64,000 nt of DNA from Amphiscolops sp. MND2022 (Eukaryota): assembly GCA_964187785.1 (NCBI GenBank), contig OZ076409.1:17610001-17674000 (forward strand), in the 5' to 3' direction. Positions 40,580 through 51,210 of this stretch are shown in pieces (within the stretch, counting starts at the first letter, position 1; each line of letters begins with the position of its first letter). A program made the translations under genes and the position numbers. The notes under the pieces were generated by a model. That model made no database searches. It saw only the letters and a program-made list of their open reading frames with translations, and was not told where the DNA came from.

Positions 40580-40735
40580 ATAATCACCAATGGCACAGTT
40601 CTTAAAAAGGATAATCCCTGCTGTGGAAACTCTTAGTGGAACGGACTCCCGATGGGCTTTGAGTTTACCATAGGCATGTCAATACCAATGGCATGCCTAT
40701 GGGTTTTGTATTTTTCAACTTTTTCATCTTAATAA

Positions 40736-41563
40736 ATGTATGAAACTCCGTCTCTTCATAAGTTTGGTTATTCTAGTGAACAGCTAAAACTGAGGGAATA
40801 TCAGGAGCTAAAAGATATGATAAAAAGTCAAGAAAAATTAGCCCAAATAACACATTCCAAATTAAAAGAAGATTTGCAACGAGATTTTGAAAATGACATA
40901 GAAAATCAAGTAGAAGAAAAAATGCTAGACGCGACAGCTTCCGCGGTAGCTATCGCGCAGGCGCATCAAACACTAGACCCACAGGAACTTCAAGATGTTT
41001 TATTAAACACAAAGTTAATGAATGATATTTATTCCCAGTTTTCAGACCTTTCAAAAACCATAAATAAATTAGAACAAGGTATGAAAAAATCTTTCGCCGA
41101 ACAAAGAACTGCTTTAGTAAATGAGGTACTAAATTTAATACACAACAATAGTTTTGAAATGGTAACAGTCCGTAATTTAAAGTTTATGAGTCAGGTGGGT
41201 CAAGCTGGAATGATTTTAAATGAAGATGAAATAAATAATATTCTTAATAGCCTAGATCAAAATAAAATTACTATAACTAACAACATAATTCAACTGCTTC
41301 ATGACAAAGGTTTGTTCGATTCCTTTCCCAATAAAGATCAAGCTTTTGCAAATTATCTAACTTTCAGTGAAACATACCTCTTGGAAAAGTATGGAAAAAC
41401 AATATCTACTTCAGATGGTGAATATTATCTGTCTGATTTAGAATATTCTACCAGACAATCAATTCTGGAGTCATTGAAAAAAAACAATTTTAAAGATCTT
41501 GTTGATACGAAACACAGAATGAAATTAACACCAAAGGAAATAAATTTCATTTTATATGATTAA
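40736..41563 (+). CDS. Polinton hypothetical coiled-coil protein (275 aa)
   Basis: Intact ORF starting at AATAAATG, with a helical, charged composition. Confidence 0.8.
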   Translation: MYETPSLHKFGYSSEQLKLREYQELKDMIKSQEKLAQITHSKLKEDLQRDFENDIENQVEEKMLDATASAVAIAQAHQTLDPQELQDVLLNTKLMNDIYSQFSDLSKTINKLEQGMKKSFAEQRTALVNEVLNLIHNNSFEMVTVRNLKFMSQVGQAGMILNEDEINNILNSLDQNKITITNNIIQLLHDKGLFDSFPNKDQAFANYLTFSETYLLEKYGKTISTSDGEYYLSDLEYSTRQSILESLKKNNFKDLVDTKHRMKLTPKEINFILYD

Positions 41564-41566
41564 TAA

Positions 41567-42280
41567 ATGGAACAAAAACTCTATCCCTCCCTGACCCCAA
41601 CGGCCTCTCCCCCCGCACCATATGATGTAGAATCAATGATAAATAAGCGATTGCAAAGCGCGTTGCAAAACGAATTACAAAAAGTAAATAGCTTCAATAA
41701 TTCTATTCAAAACATTAGTCTAATGATGAAATATTATGAAATGGAAGAAAAGAAATACAAACAGAAATACAACAAATACAAGCTAATAAATAACCTAATT
41801 AACTCCCTCGATGGCATTATAGTGATTGGAACAACTTCAGCATCAATCTCACTAAGTATTACTGGTGTGGGTATTATAGTTGTTCCAATCGCTGCAGGAG
41901 TTGGTTGTACAACTGGTATTCTTGTTAAGATTTGTTCCAGTTATTTGAAGAAGAAGGAGCAAAATTATAAACTTAAGTACGCTATTATTCAGAAGACTCT
42001 TGACGACTTTAGACAACTTTATGTTACTAGCCTAAAAGATAATCATATAGATGAAAAAGAATATCGCCGATTTGTGACTCAATTTGAAAATTATCAGGTA
42101 GCTTCACAGGAAATTCACACAAAATCACGCGCAGCTTCGCGCACAGCTTCGCATACAAAATCACAAGTAGCTTCACACGCGACAGCTAACGCAGCTTTGC
42201 ACGCGACAGCTACCGCGACAGCTAACACAGCTTCGCACACACCACCAACAATACCACTTAAACCACACAATTTTTTATAA
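41567..42280 (+). CDS. Polinton predicted membrane protein (237 aa) with a Gly-rich hydrophobic hairpin
   Basis: GIIVIGTTSASISLSITGVGIIVVPIAAGVGCTTGILV lies between coiled coils; the N-terminus contains LYPSL. Confidence 0.8.
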   Translation: MEQKLYPSLTPTASPPAPYDVESMINKRLQSALQNELQKVNSFNNSIQNISLMMKYYEMEEKKYKQKYNKYKLINNLINSLDGIIVIGTTSASISLSITGVGIIVVPIAAGVGCTTGILVKICSSYLKKKEQNYKLKYAIIQKTLDDFRQLYVTSLKDNHIDEKEYRRFVTQFENYQVASQEIHTKSRAASRTASHTKSQVASHATANAALHATATATANTASHTPPTIPLKPHNFL

Positions 42281-42392
42281 TTAATTTATTCAATTTTAAC
42301 ATAAAAAATAAAATAAAAATTAACACTAATAATTGAAAAATATACTATTGAAAAATATGCTGTTATTAAATTCATAATTTTATTATAAATAA

Positions 42393-45300
42393 ATGGAGAA
42401 CTGCAGTATTTGTAATTCTGATTATAAAAAAGCTTACAAGTCCGATCATCTAATATCAATAAACCATTTACAAAAATTAAATCAATATTATTGTAAAAAA
42501 TGTAATACATTTATGCCATTGTCTGACAAGTCTAATCATCTAAATTCAGATGAACATAAAAACAAAACCAAACAACAACGCGAAGCTACACAAATTTGGT
42601 GTGAAGATTGTGGTAAATATATAAGTAATTCAAGACATTTCCAAAGTGAAATTCACACGTTAAGAATTCAAAACAACGCTACAAAAAACACATTTGGTAA
42701 TACACTACATGATTCTGGAACTAACGTAGGAACTAACGTAGAAATAATTGTGAATGAAAAAACATACATTAAACTGAGAGTAAATCCAACAAATCATCTT
42801 GAAGAACAGATTAATGATTTACTAAATAAAAATTACTTTCCCCGATACAAGTTCCAATTGAGTTATTTAGCTAAGTTTTCAAAAATAGTTAATGGGCAGA
42901 GCTTCGCAGAAGAAGTTGTATTTCACAAATGGGTTAAATCAGATTTTAATTACAATCACACGCAGATTGCTTTCGGCACAAACCCAAATTTTCACAACAT
43001 ATTAATGCAGAAATTAGATGATGAACAATTAGAAGGATCAGGTTTTGTGTTAAACGGTATTGTCAATGTTATATTAGAAATTTATAAAGTCAATGATATT
43101 CAAGCTTCTTCATGGGTTGAGTTGCCAGAAAAATATAAGAATAATAAATCAATTATAAATATAAAAAATGATGATCAATTTTGCTTTTTGTGGTGCATCC
43201 TAGCACACCTTTTTCCCGTTGAGGATCATAAAAATAGAACATCAAATTATTCAATGAATCTGAACAAACTCATTTTAAATGGTTTAGAATTCCCCATGAA
43301 AATTAAAGATATTCCCAAGTTCGAAAACTTAAATAATATAAACGTAAATGTATTTGAACTCACAAAAACAGTTTTAACACCAATCCATATCAACACAAAC
43401 TATGATCAACTACAAATAGATTTATTATTATATCAAAATCACTATTGCTTAATAACAAAATTGCATTGTCTAATAAATAAGGATTCGCACATGAAATGGG
43501 TGTGTAGAAGATGCCTAACTGCATTTAGTTCTGAGGATATTCTCAGTCAACACATTGACCGTTGTCAAAAACAACAACCAAATAATATCACATTCAGTTG
43601 GAAGGATCACTTAAAGTTCGAAGATTATCATATGAAAGTTCCCATACCAATAAGAGTATATGCAGATTTCGAATGCATTAATCAACCAACAGACGACCGC
43701 GAAGCTGCGGCAGCTATTGCGCCCAAAGTATTATTTAAACAAATTCCAATTGCAGTAGGATTTTATATAATTTCACCATTTGGTAATAATTACAGCTCAT
43801 ACTTTGGTGAATCGTGTGTAACATGGTTTGTAAATGAAATGTTGACTCTAGAAAACATTGCTAGTAACTATTTTGAAACAAATTTGCCTCTTGACATAAC
43901 TCCTGAAGAACACCAATCATTTCAACAATCCAAAGTGTGTTGGCTTTGCGAACGAAAGTTAGACGGTGAGGATAACGTTCGAGATCATGATCATCTTACA
44001 GGCAAGTACCGAGGAGCAGCCAACAACAAATGTAATTTAAATTGTAAAAAAAGTCAAGTTCGTTTGTTCCTATATTTTTCCATAATTTCAGTGGTTATGA
44101 TTGTCATTTAATTTTTGAAGAACTCTTAACATCAGCTTATAATCTAAAGTTACCAATAAATATTATACCAAAGTCAATGGAAAATTATGTAAGTGTTCAA
44201 GTAGGTTGTTTAAGGTTTTTAGATTCATACAGATTTTTGAGTAGTAGTCCACAAAAACTTATAACATCATTAAATGATTTTCCTTATATGCAAAATGAGG
44301 GCCTAACTGATGATTTATTTAAAAAAAACTAGCTTATCCATACGAAAAATTCAATCTTAACAACCTGCATGAACCACTAAATCTAACAAAAGAGGACTAT
44401 TGGTCAACATTAACACAATCTCACCCATGTGAGGATGATATAAAAAGAACCCAACAATTGATTGACACTTACAACATTACAACAGCACAAGAACTAACAG
44501 AATTGTACTTAAAAATGGATGTACTACAACTCACTGACGTGTTCGAAAACTTTGTTGAGAAGTCTACACTTGAATACGGAATCAATCCTTTGTACAGTTA
44601 CTCTTTACCTGGTTATACATGGAAAGCTGGTTTAAAACTTACTAAAATTAAATTAGATTATATAAAATGTAAAGAATTATTATTACTTTTAGAAAACAAT
44701 ATACGTGGAGGAATTTCAAGTGTTATGGGACCCAGATTCATTGAGTCAAATGAAAATACTAAATTACTGTACATTGATGCAAATAACTTGTATGGATGGG
44801 CAATGAGTCAATACCTCCCTACTGGAGACTTTAAAAAGATGCGTAGCTTCGCGCAGAACTGTCACGAATCTGATTCTGCACTGATGAATGAAATTACAGA
44901 AGACATTTTGAATACACCAGATGACAATGAATTTGGATACTTTATAGAATGTGATTTAAAATATCCAGCAAAAATTAAAGAAAAAACCGAAAACTTTCCA
45001 CTTTGTCCTTATCAAACAAAAGCCGATCCAAATCTTTTCTCAGAATACATGAACAGTGTAAAACAATGCAACTACAAACCAACCGAGAAACCGATGTGTG
45101 ACCTAACAAATAAATATAATTATATGATGCACTACAGAATGTTCAAGTTTTACACCCAGATCGGGATGAAAGTAACAAAGATTCACACAATCTACTGGTT
45201 CAAACAATCACTTTGGTTAGAAAAATACATTAATCATAACACACAAAAACGCACCAAAGCAAAAACAAACTTTGAGAAGGACCTCTACAAATTAATGAAC

Positions 45301-46259
45301 AACGCTTTCTTTGGTAAGACTATGGAAAATGTTAGAGACCGGACTAATTTAGAGTTTATCCCTCACACCAATATTGATGAAATAATAAAAAGACAATCGA
45401 AGTTAAGCTTTAAAGGAATTACTAATCATTACTCCGAATTCAGTGTTTACAAGTTTGATAAGGAAAAAGTAATTTTTGATAAACCAATATACTTGGGGTT
45501 TAGTGTTTTAGAACTGAGTAAATTGTTAATGTATGAGTTCTATTATCACAAATTACAACCATATTATAACAATAAAATTAAACTGCATTACATGGATACA
45601 GACTCATTCATTCTAAGTATTAAAACTGGAGACCTTATAAATGATTTGGAATACTTCAAAGATGATTTTGATTTCAGCGAGCTCGACCCAAGTCATGAGT
45701 TGTACAACTCAATCAACAAGAAAGTTATAGGTAAAATGAAAATAGAAAAATCACCAATTATTGAATTAGACAACTTCGTAGCTTTGAGATCTAAATCATA
45801 TTCTTTTAGCTATGGCTCAGCACAAAAGCTAACGCAAAAGCTAACGCAAAAGTCAAAACAAAAAGGAATACAACATACACCAATTTATTCACAATTTATA
45901 CATTATTTAACTCTGAAACAACAACTGCAACTAATTATTCTATTAGAAGTAATGCTAACAATTTAACTGTTCAGAAACAAGATAAGCTAGCTTTGAATCC
46001 TTTTGATGACAAGCGTATGTACTTGAATCCAATACAAAGTTTATCATGGGATAAACACACACAAAAAGGTGATTGTCCTTGTATACTTTGTATAAAATTA
46101 GTTGGCTTGTATTACACCGAACTGAGCACAAGGGATGGCAAGTCCGCGCAGCTTCGCCTTCGGGATGAAGAAATATACTATAACATTTGGACTCTGAAAG
46201 AAAAATTGAATCATCAACAGCTTTTAAATCTGATAAGTGATCGGGCCCATTTATTGTGA
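42393..46259 (+). pseudogene. polB: Protein-primed family B DNA polymerase with N-terminal Zn fingers, an OTU-like and an EndoVII/HNH-like domain; three frameshifts
   Basis: Exonuclease motifs YADFE, HNFSGYD and YLKMDV; polymerase motifs YIDANNLYG, KLMNNAFFGK and YMDTDS; C-terminal LNPFDDKR. DQFCFLWC..HYCL is OTU-like and VRDHDHLTGKYRGAA..CN is EndoVII-like. Frameshifts fall at ~44050 and ~44325 (A-runs) and at ~45900. Confidence 0.95.
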
Positions 46260-46383
46260 TAACTATCGTGATAACTATCGTGACGCACAGTTTCGCGATA
46301 GCTTTCGCGATAGCTTTCGCGATAGCTTTCACACACATCATTTATAATTAGAAATATCATTTATTATAATATTATCATTAGTC

Positions 46384-47631
46384 TCATATCAAATCAAAAT
46401 GCCTTTGCCCATCACTACTAATACTTATTAGTTTTGGGGTTAATACAAGTGCATAAGCTATATAATCTGCTACATCAATGGCAGCATTAAATTTAAATTC
46501 TAAACGGATTGGTTGACTCGTAATGATATCCTTTTGTTTGCTGAGGTCAAATACATAAAAATTATAATTTGTTCTGAATTTGTTCAAATCAATGAAGGGA
46601 TTGAGTAGGTTAGTTTCACTATTCAAGTGATAAAAGTTTTCAATTTCACTATATGCTTGATCATATTTGTCGCGGTCGTAATCACATTCTATCCCATCAT
46701 CGGGATATTTTTCTGATCCTATTTTACAAACAGCATTACTAATTGGCAACCGGTCAAACACTGCATTATCATGAACCTGAGAATCAGTTTTATTTCTAGC
46801 TTGAAATCCAACAATCACAAAAGTTGGAGTCGATGTTCCCGAAGATCCGCCTGCGCTGCCTAACTCAAATGTCCAATTCGAATTTGTGTTAACATCTTTT
46901 CTAAAAATAATTCGTTCTGTGTAACTCAATTCGGTTGGATCTTTATTTAGAATTTGGTCCATGACAAGTTGTTGGTTTTCGATACTGGGAACATAGTGTG
47001 GGATATACCAACCAATGTCTTTAATAACCACTTTTGCAGCATCCACTCCAACACTTCTTAAAATGGCGTCATTGTTAGAGTTCCGTTTGAGAGTTAATGT
47101 GTAGCCCAACCCATAAGTTATTTTTTCTTGATCAGCAAATCCAAACAAGTCTTTTAGTTTTATTCTCACAAAAAAGGTTCCTTTCTCATTTTTGTTGTTT
47201 GTTAGTTCTTGTCTTCTAATAGTAGTATCTTCTTCAAACCCATACATTAATTGACTTGTGGATTTAGTGCTTGTTAGAAGTTTATACATTAAAGAAATCA
47301 AGTGCAAATTGTCAACTTTTTCTAGGTGTTTCCCACTAGAAGTTGTTAATTTGGCTTCACTAAATAGAGAGATTGGCCCAAAGTTAACCAATCCAATTTC
47401 ATCACCGTTGGTGTATCTTGTGTCGTTGTTTTTAAGTACTTCAAATTCTAGACTTATGAAACTATTTTGTAAACATATGTATGCATCTTCTCTTGGGAAA
47501 CTAATTGTAGTATTCGAGTTTGTATTGTTAATTGTCGCCAAACTACTTGGACTATACTTTATGAAATCAATTTTATGAATAGGTTTTTCAAGAGGGTATT
47601 TATTTTTTAAAGAAAACATATCTGTGTTCAT
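46384..47631 (-). CDS. Major capsid protein (double jelly-roll), 415 aa
   Basis: Size, beta-rich pattern and Polinton MCP-like segments (SFISLEFEV, SLFSEAKL, PTFVIVGFQ, YVFDLSKQ, IRLEFKF), in Polinton context. Confidence 0.85.
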   Translation of the reverse strand: MNTDMFSLKNKYPLEKPIHKIDFIKYSPSSLATINNTNSNTTISFPREDAYICLQNSFISLEFEVLKNNDTRYTNGDEIGLVNFGPISLFSEAKLTTSSGKHLEKVDNLHLISLMYKLLTSTKSTSQLMYGFEEDTTIRRQELTNNKNEKGTFFVRIKLKDLFGFADQEKITYGLGYTLTLKRNSNNDAILRSVGVDAAKVVIKDIGWYIPHYVPSIENQQLVMDQILNKDPTELSYTERIIFRKDVNTNSNWTFELGSAGGSSGTSTPTFVIVGFQARNKTDSQVHDNAVFDRLPISNAVCKIGSEKYPDDGIECDYDRDKYDQAYSEIENFYHLNSETNLLNPFIDLNKFRTNYNFYVFDLSKQKDIITSQPIRLEFKFNAAIDVADYIAYALVLTPKLISISSDGQRHFDLI

Positions 47632-47667
47632 TTATAAAAAAAAATTATTGCGAAACTACGTGGAACA

Positions 47668-48576
47668 CTACTCAAATTTGTGGAAATTATTCATACTTTC
47701 TAACGTTTTGTTGTTAGAGTCAAAGTCGAATATGCTACTTAAAAGTTCTTGTTCATAGTATTTTCCTTGAATAATTTCTCCGTTTTCATCATTTAGAGTG
47801 TATGTTACTGGGTTTGTTTTGTTGATGCTGTGTATTTTAAAAAGTTCTCTATTCCAATTTGTTGTATAACCTTTTGAATAAATGTTCCTTTTCTCAGGAA
47901 CTCTTACAAAATCTCCCACTTGGAATTTAGGTAATTTATTGTTATGATTATTATTATCATTTTTGGGTATCAGATTGGGCGAAGCTGCGGTAGCTGTCGC
48001 GCGCGAAGCTGCACAAAAACTCATTTCAAAAGGTGTCATTTTTGTTGTACCATGCACCCTATTATTATACTTATCCAAAGCAGCATCAAGGTGATTCAAC
48101 CAGTTACCTTTACCCTCAATATACATTGGTTCTTTGATTAAGTCCAGAAGTGTTCTATTGAAACGTTCAACAAAAACAGCCTTCAAATCTGAATGGGTTG
48201 AATAAATTTGAATGTTTTGCTCTTTTAAATAGTGTAAAAATGTTGTGTTGTAAAACTGTTTACCTCTATCACTCCAAATTTTGTGTGGTTTTCTTTTCCT
48301 AGTTTCCAATAAATTCTTGAATGCAGCAGTTGTACTTTTTCCTGATTTATCTTTGAGGGGAATCGCCCTTGCATATTTGGTATGATTGTCAATTATTGTA
48401 AAAATAAACTTGTAGTTTTTGTTGTATTTGCCTAAACTTGAGCGATCAATTAAATCAATACTCCAACATTCATCTTTATAGTGAGTTTGTATTTGAATTC
48501 TTTGAAACTTCTTGATTACAGGAGAGAATATTTCTTTAACAATTTCTTTCTTGCGAAGCCCTGCATTTTGATTCAT
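47668..48576 (-). CDS. Retroviral-type (rve) DDE integrase, 302 aa
   Basis: Motifs WSIDLID, IDNHTKY, WSDRG, VERFNRTL, KFQVGDFVRV, KGYTTNW and YYEQEL. No chromodomain is visible. Confidence 0.95.
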   Translation of the reverse strand: MNQNAGLRKKEIVKEIFSPVIKKFQRIQIQTHYKDECWSIDLIDRSSLGKYNKNYKFIFTIIDNHTKYARAIPLKDKSGKSTTAAFKNLLETRKRKPHKIWSDRGKQFYNTTFLHYLKEQNIQIYSTHSDLKAVFVERFNRTLLDLIKEPMYIEGKGNWLNHLDAALDKYNNRVHGTTKMTPFEMSFCAASRATATAASPNLIPKNDNNNHNNKLPKFQVGDFVRVPEKRNIYSKGYTTNWNRELFKIHSINKTNPVTYTLNDENGEIIQGKYYEQELLSSIFDFDSNNKTLESMNNFHKFE

Positions 48577-48610
48577 TTATTATAGTTTTATAACAATTTT
48601 TTATAAATAA

Positions 48611-49855
48611 ATGAATAATGATTATTGCTTGCAGAGCTATAGAAATAATTATCAAGGTGAAGGAGCCGGCGCGAAAGCTAGCGCGGGAGGCGGCGCGGGA
48701 GCTGGCGCGGGAGCTGGCGCGGCCAATTGGTATCAGAAAACACGAATCTATAAAGTAACCACAAATCCTATGTTTATTGTATGTTTAATTTTATTTATAG
48801 GTATTATTGTTGTAATATATTGGAATTATATTCGTCCTAGACAGTTGAAAACAATTCATAAAAAACTACTACAATTTGCAGGGTTCAAATACTATCATCT
48901 GACAAACCAGGAACGCGAAGCCCCCCAGGATACACGCGAAGCTACGCACAACAACTCACATAACAATTCTCATTGCAACGCGCATTTCATAATCTATGGC
49001 AGTAGTGGCTCTGGGAAGACAAGTTTTTTAAAGCATTATTTGGCACAACGTCCCCACGACAAGTCCTGTGATAGCCCCCGCGATAGCTCACGCAGTTATT
49101 TAGTATTTGGGAGAGATGAACGTGAGTTTCCCTCTCAAAATTTTGTACCACTACTGCAGTTGGAGAAAGTTAGTATTGAATCATTTGCTAATAAAATTGT
49201 TGTACTGGATGATGCAGGTGCATACAAGAACCTTAGATTGAAAGTAGAAGACCTTTTCCGATTTGGTAGACACTTGGGGATTCAAGTGATTTACCCTGCT
49301 CACTATGCAAAGGATGTTCTTCCAATCGTGAGGGAAAATTGCTTCAAAATATACTTGACAATTAATTACCCAGATATTTTCTTCGAGTCGATTGGACAAA
49401 CTTATGCAATAGCTTCCACAATCAAAGAACTTAATTGGAAATACTACCGGGATCAGTTAGAATATGGCGTAATTGAACTGGACACAAGGAGTCAGAAATT
49501 TAAGATACTAAACGACAAGTACAACTTAATTTATGATTCGAGCAAACGAAGTAAATGGGGTCCAGAACAACTCGTTGCCTATGAAAGTTACTTTTTCACT
49601 GGTGATGAATATAACAAACTCAAAATTTTCTTAGAGGAAATGTCCGACCAGACAATTGAAATAACACCACTCAACATAGCTTATTATTATGTAGCATATT
49701 GCAAACAAAATAATATTAAAGTAAATGAATCCAAAATAGAAAACTACGTTGAGCGTATGCAAAAACCACTAATTAGTGATTCAGTTAAAGAGGACTTTAA
49801 AAAGTTAATTTATGATCAGGCAAAAAGTTTTACTAAAAATAAACTGAGTAATTAA
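48611..49855 (+). CDS. A32/FtsK-like ATPase 1 with N-terminal transmembrane segment, 414 aa
   Basis: TM segment MFIVCLILFIGIIVVIYW; Walker A GSSGSGKT; Walker B VVLDD; Arg-finger motif FGRH; VREN. Confidence 0.88.
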   Translation: MNNDYCLQSYRNNYQGEGAGAKASAGGGAGAGAGAGAANWYQKTRIYKVTTNPMFIVCLILFIGIIVVIYWNYIRPRQLKTIHKKLLQFAGFKYYHLTNQEREAPQDTREATHNNSHNNSHCNAHFIIYGSSGSGKTSFLKHYLAQRPHDKSCDSPRDSSRSYLVFGRDEREFPSQNFVPLLQLEKVSIESFANKIVVLDDAGAYKNLRLKVEDLFRFGRHLGIQVIYPAHYAKDVLPIVRENCFKIYLTINYPDIFFESIGQTYAIASTIKELNWKYYRDQLEYGVIELDTRSQKFKILNDKYNLIYDSSKRSKWGPEQLVAYESYFFTGDEYNKLKIFLEEMSDQTIEITPLNIAYYYVAYCKQNNIKVNESKIENYVERMQKPLISDSVKEDFKKLIYDQAKSFTKNKLSN

Positions 49856-49877
49856 CGAGAAATTAACAAAAAAAATA

Positions 49878-50105
49878 TAGTGATTCTTAGAGAAGTTTAG
49901 AGAAATTTAGTGATTCTTAGAGGAATTTAGTGATCTCTAAGAATCTCTAAATTTCTCACTAAATCACTAAGGTTTCACTAAGAGCATTATCTTAGAGAAA
50001 TAAATACTCTCAGAGGAATTTATTGAAACCTTATAGGGATTTAGTGAATTTGGCTTAGTGAAATTTAGTGATTACATAGTGATTATTAGAGGAATTTAGT
50101 GATTT
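49878..50105. repeat. Intergenic cluster of AATTTAGTGATT/CTTAGAG direct and inverted repeats, including a 23-bp hairpin
   Basis: 49900-49922 GAGAAATTTAGTGATTCTTAGAG pairs with 49935-49957 (22/23). Confidence 0.85.
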
Positions 50106-50117
50106 TTTACTAAATAA

Positions 50118-51194
50118 ATGAATTGCTTAATTTGTAATAAAAGTAGTGAAAAAAGTTTGTGTGATGATTGTATTGATAAAAAAAGATGTAAGGAATGTAA
50201 TATTATGAAGAATTGTAATACTTTTTATTCATACAAAAATGGTAAAACGTACTCTTCATGCAGAGTATGTTTTAATAAAAAGGTGAGGTGTGAATTTTGT
50301 AATAAGGATTTAAATAAGAGTTATTTAAGGTCACACATTAAAAAACAACACTTGTATCAGCATTATAATCGCGAAAGCTATCGCGACAGCTATCGCACAA
50401 ATATTAATACCGGGGGTGACTTGCTACCCACGCAGGGTTATTCGCGACAGCTTCGCGATAGCTACCACACACATAATAATAATATTAATGATAATAATGC
50501 GATAGTTATCGCGAAAGCTAACGCGGAAGCTAACGCGGAAGTTATCGCGAAAGCTATCGCTAATGATGATGATAATAATAGTGGTGTGAACGAAACTAAT
50601 AGAACATTAATAGTTGGCCCATCATTTTGTGGTAAGACTCATTTGTTGTTGAATAAATTACGATTGATTCGTTTGGAAGATCCAGAGAAACAAATTCGTA
50701 TCATTACAAGGAGTCCGAAACAATATGAGGATGTGAAACTAGATTTAGAACTACGAGATATTGAAGTGGAAGAAAATGTGGGGGATTTGGAAGAGTATAG
50801 GGGGTGTTGTGTAGTATTTGATGATATGTTAGACTCCAACCAGAAATTGATTGATCCATTTTTTTCTAGGGGAAGACACAAATCTTGTGATGTTTATTAT
50901 TTATGTCAGAGTTATTTTGATGCACCAAAAAAGACAGTTAGGAACAATTCGAATATAATAATTTTATTTCAACAAACACTGAAAGATGTAGAACATATTC
51001 ATAGGGACATATCAGGTTTTGATATGTCTTATGAGGAATTCAAAAGTTTGTGTAGAGAAGCATGGAACGAAAAATTCAACTACCTTTTAATAAACAGATT
51101 GGAAGATAAAAATGGGAGTAGGTACAGGATTTGTAATGAATCTAATCCAAATTACAAGATCTTTAATCCACAAACTGATCCTTTAAGTAATTAG
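50118..51194 (+). CDS. A32/FtsK-like packaging ATPase 2 with N-terminal Cys-rich Zn-binding region, 358 aa
   Basis: Several CxxC pairs; Walker A GPSFCGKT; Walker B VVFDD; RGRH; QSYF; VRNN. Confidence 0.92.
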   Translation: MNCLICNKSSEKSLCDDCIDKKRCKECNIMKNCNTFYSYKNGKTYSSCRVCFNKKVRCEFCNKDLNKSYLRSHIKKQHLYQHYNRESYRDSYRTNINTGGDLLPTQGYSRQLRDSYHTHNNNINDNNAIVIAKANAEANAEVIAKAIANDDDNNSGVNETNRTLIVGPSFCGKTHLLLNKLRLIRLEDPEKQIRIITRSPKQYEDVKLDLELRDIEVEENVGDLEEYRGCCVVFDDMLDSNQKLIDPFFSRGRHKSCDVYYLCQSYFDAPKKTVRNNSNIIILFQQTLKDVEHIHRDISGFDMSYEEFKSLCREAWNEKFNYLLINRLEDKNGSRYRICNESNPNYKIFNPQTDPLSN

Positions 51195-51210
51195 GGACTT
51201 CGTGAGGAGA

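Noticed and set aside
45993..46259. Separate 88-aa gene
   Set aside because: It is the frameshifted pPolB C-terminus (LNPFDDKR).
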